Virus record (IMG/VR): IMGVR_UViG_3300027600_000049
Coordinates: 1 to 59,110 of that record
Strand: one strand, 5' to 3'
Length of the DNA: 59,110 nucleotides
DNA from: a virus
Taxonomy: Duplodnaviria > Caudoviricetes
The stretch's first letter is position 1. Each line of letters begins with the position of its first letter. Under the pieces are notes generated by a model. It saw only the letters and a list, made by a program, of their open reading frames with translations. It was not told where the DNA came from and made no database searches. Of the stretch, positions 57,163 to 59,110 are shown in pieces. The translations under genes were made by a program, and so were the position numbers.

Positions 57163-57832
57163 TGCTTTCCTCCTTCAGTTCGTCTTTGCGTTTCTTGAAA
57201 TCGCCCAGGATGGCGACATGATCCTCTTCGGATTCTGCTTTCAGGCGATCAAAGATCACCCGATTAACCTTGAAGATGTCCAACACATCTTTCTCTGACT
57301 TGGCCTGACGCAGTGCCATGCGTGTAGCCTCGACAACAATGTTTAGCCAATCTTGCAGACCTGCTGATTCATCTGTTGTGATTGAAAGCTGCCAGGGGCT
57401 ATCCGCTCCGGCGATCTTTGCTGGTGGCTTGACCTTGACCTTCACCGGCTCTGGCTTTTCCTCTTGCTTCTCAGCGTCCACCGCATCAGACTCAACGATC
57501 TCCATCGCCATTAACCACAGGTAACGGCGCAAGTAGGTATGAGTGCTACCCAGCATTTGAATGGGCTGGCCCTTGGCGGCTTCTGCATACACGATGGGTG
57601 TAGAAAATTCAATCTTGCCATCACTCTCGGCGTCATAGATTGTTAGGGTTGCTGTCTCTCCAAACGTCACTACGCCACACAATCCAACTGCGTCAAACAG
57701 TTTGTGGACTGTAGGAATGAAGTCGCCCAGTTCGTAATAAAACCAGCCGCCATAGCTGTTGTGTCCCGTCTTCTTGAGGTTGGCTTTTGAAAGCTCATGT
57801 CTTGCTGCTTGCAGCTTTTTATACACTGTCAT
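57146..57832 (-). CDS. erf: ERF-family ssDNA annealing recombinase
   Basis: KTGHN...YYEL.D...Q.LGS..TYLRRY...D.VD. Confidence 0.88.
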   Translation of the reverse strand: MTVYKKLQAARHELSKANLKKTGHNSYGGWFYYELGDFIPTVHKLFDAVGLCGVVTFGETATLTIYDAESDGKIEFSTPIVYAEAAKGQPIQMLGSTHTYLRRYLWLMAMEIVESDAVDAEKQEEKPEPVKVKVKPPAKIAGADSPWQLSITTDESAGLQDWLNIVVEATRMALRQAKSEKDVLDIFKVNRVIFDRLKAESEEDHVAILGDFKKRKDELKEESNGTVP

Positions 57833-58697
57833 TTTTTTCCTTCAGATATTTTTGGTATTGAGAACAGAAGCCGCTGACCTGACAATACTTCTCGCAGCGT
57901 GTGCGTTCGCCCGGTCTGACTTCAATTGCATAGCCCTTAAGCTGGCCCAGTGAAGCTTGTGCCTCCTCCAGTGTCTTGTGAACACTCTTGGCACGTACAC
58001 CATCAATCTTTTTGACGGCATAGGTTGTTTGCTTTTCCCACATCTCCTCTGGTGTGCAGTCGGTGATCTCGCCTTGAGTCTCGCTTTCAAAGTAAGCGTG
58101 GCTGTGCAGGTTGATCCTGTCTTTAACATACGCCTCTCGCTGCTCAAACGACCATAGAGGAATGTCAATCGTGGCGATGGGGGATGATGGGTAGTTTTCT
58201 TTAGCGGTGTCTCTAGCGACCCAATCACGCACGATGGCAATGATCTGGAGTTTCTTGACAGGCTTGTTCTTTACCTTCTCCACCAGCCATGCGTAAACGT
58301 TTAGCTGGTTGTGCCAATCTTGTTTCTCGTTCATCACTGACCATGCGCCTGTCACCTTGTAGTCGGAGATGATGATTCCATCGTCTTCAACTTCTTGTAG
58401 GTCAATCGCACCGCTCAGCTTCCATCCATCGAATTCAGTGAAGATGCGTTCTTCAACAACGTGGTGGGTGTCCTTACCATGCTCCAAGATGTTGTGAACG
58501 GCAGAGCCGAACAGTGACCAGACCATCTCACTGGCATCAGTCTCAATCTCATCCCAATGCTTGCGCTTGAGTTGAACGATACGAGGGCTGTTGAGCAATT
58601 CTGTCGCTGATATGTTTGCAGCCCCCTTGCTGTAGGTGGGCCGATGTATAACGTTAACGAACGTCTGTGGCAGTCCAAATTTGTTTGTGAGTTTCAT
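57819..58697 (-). CDS. PD-(D/E)xK exonuclease (Cas4/RecB-like)
   Basis: GSAVH.ILE, GAID...DYK and QLNVY motifs; C-terminal C...C.....C; AGGAG RBS. Confidence 0.88.
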   Translation of the reverse strand: MKLTNKFGLPQTFVNVIHRPTYSKGAANISATELLNSPRIVQLKRKHWDEIETDASEMVWSLFGSAVHNILEHGKDTHHVVEERIFTEFDGWKLSGAIDLQEVEDDGIIISDYKVTGAWSVMNEKQDWHNQLNVYAWLVEKVKNKPVKKLQIIAIVRDWVARDTAKENYPSSPIATIDIPLWSFEQREAYVKDRINLHSHAYFESETQGEITDCTPEEMWEKQTTYAVKKIDGVRAKSVHKTLEEAQASLGQLKGYAIEVRPGERTRCEKYCQVSGFCSQYQKYLKEKNDSV

Positions 58698-58725
58698 GTT
58701 TCTCCTGTCTGTTGGTTGAGCGTGT

Positions 58726-58754
58726 AATGTACCTGATGAATTGTGTGGTGTCAA
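58726..58754 (-). promoter_or_regulatory. sigma70 promoter for the recombination cluster
   Basis: TTGACA-N17-TACATT on the minus strand. Confidence 0.8.
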
Positions 58755-58803
58755 CAGGTGTGTTATAACTGGTATAAATTAACTTCCCTGGAAACGTTAC
58801 CAC

Positions 58804-59110
58804 ATGAATTTACCGCTAATTTCCGTGATGATGATTGCCTACAACAACGTGCAATTCATCAAAGCTGCCATCGAAAGTGTCCAGGCGCAGACCTATCCCA
58901 ACTGGGAATTGGTGATCAATGATGACTGCTCTACCGATGGCACCTATGAATTGGCCCAAAAGCTAGCAGAAAAAGATGAACGAATAAGGGTTTACCAGAA
59001 TGAACGGAACCTGAAGACCCCAGGGAACAGGGCTGCTGCGATGGCCCATATCAGGGGGGATTTCGTTGGGCACCTGGACACGGACGATATGCTGTACCCC
59101 CATGCCCTGG
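58804..59110 (+). CDS. glycosyltransferase family 2 (truncated by the window end)
   Basis: PLISV...YN...AIESV.AQTYPNWELVINDDCSTDGT...LDTDD; translated by hand. Confidence 0.88.
   Translation, partial: MNLPLISVMMIAYNNVQFIKAAIESVQAQTYPNWELVINDDCSTDGTYELAQKLAEKDERIRVYQNERNLKTPGNRAAAMAHIRGDFVGHLDTDDMLYPHAL

Larger units (their letters stand above)
1..59110. mobile_element. Tailed dsDNA bacteriophage genome, podovirus-like, partial
   Basis: terS/terL/portal/scaffold/capsid/adaptor/tail fibre/lysis/ejection-protein synteny; no tape measure or sheath recognised; no host housekeeping genes. Confidence 0.97.

Noticed and set aside
57819-58697. CRISPR Cas4 adaptation gene
   Set aside because: Context (Erf, SSB-like gene) indicates a phage recombination exonuclease
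1-59110. Alternative genetic code, or prophage with att sites
   Set aside because: Large genes are intact in the standard code and use all three stops; no integrase or host flanks seen

Overview
The window is most of a tailed dsDNA phage genome with a podovirus-like layout. No integrase, DNA polymerase, tRNA or CRISPR array was seen. Order: small accessory genes (0.1-2.45 kb); ParB-like protein, SF2 helicase and Toprim primase (2.45-5.5 kb); a leftward cluster of ~22 small putative early genes (5.5-12.05 kb); terS, LexA-like gene, terL, portal, GroES, scaffold and Mu-gpT-like capsid (12.2-20.8 kb); small virion genes, adaptors and tail fibre (21-33.7 kb); lysis genes (33.7-35.8 kb); tail and large ejection-type proteins (36.5-54 kb); a leftward recombination/DNA-metabolism cluster (54-58.7 kb); and a truncated GT2 gene. 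The strongest unexplained signal is a 16-bp palindrome, GTGG(A/T)AACGTT(A/T)CCAC. Its 12-bp core occurs at least 13 times, in all three codon phases and at key gene junctions, in a phage encoding an orphan ParB-like HTH protein, so this is a candidate phage ParB/parS-like system. Other notable items: a shared [FYM]-x-x-GG motif in many virion proteins; an HNH gene flanked by a synonymously recoded duplicate of the endolysin 3' end; an ~8.4 kb GGCC-free region covering the early genes; a multi-pseudoknot RNA after the capsid gene; and an apparent ATT-initiated gene. All family assignments and motif counts were made by eye, not by database search.
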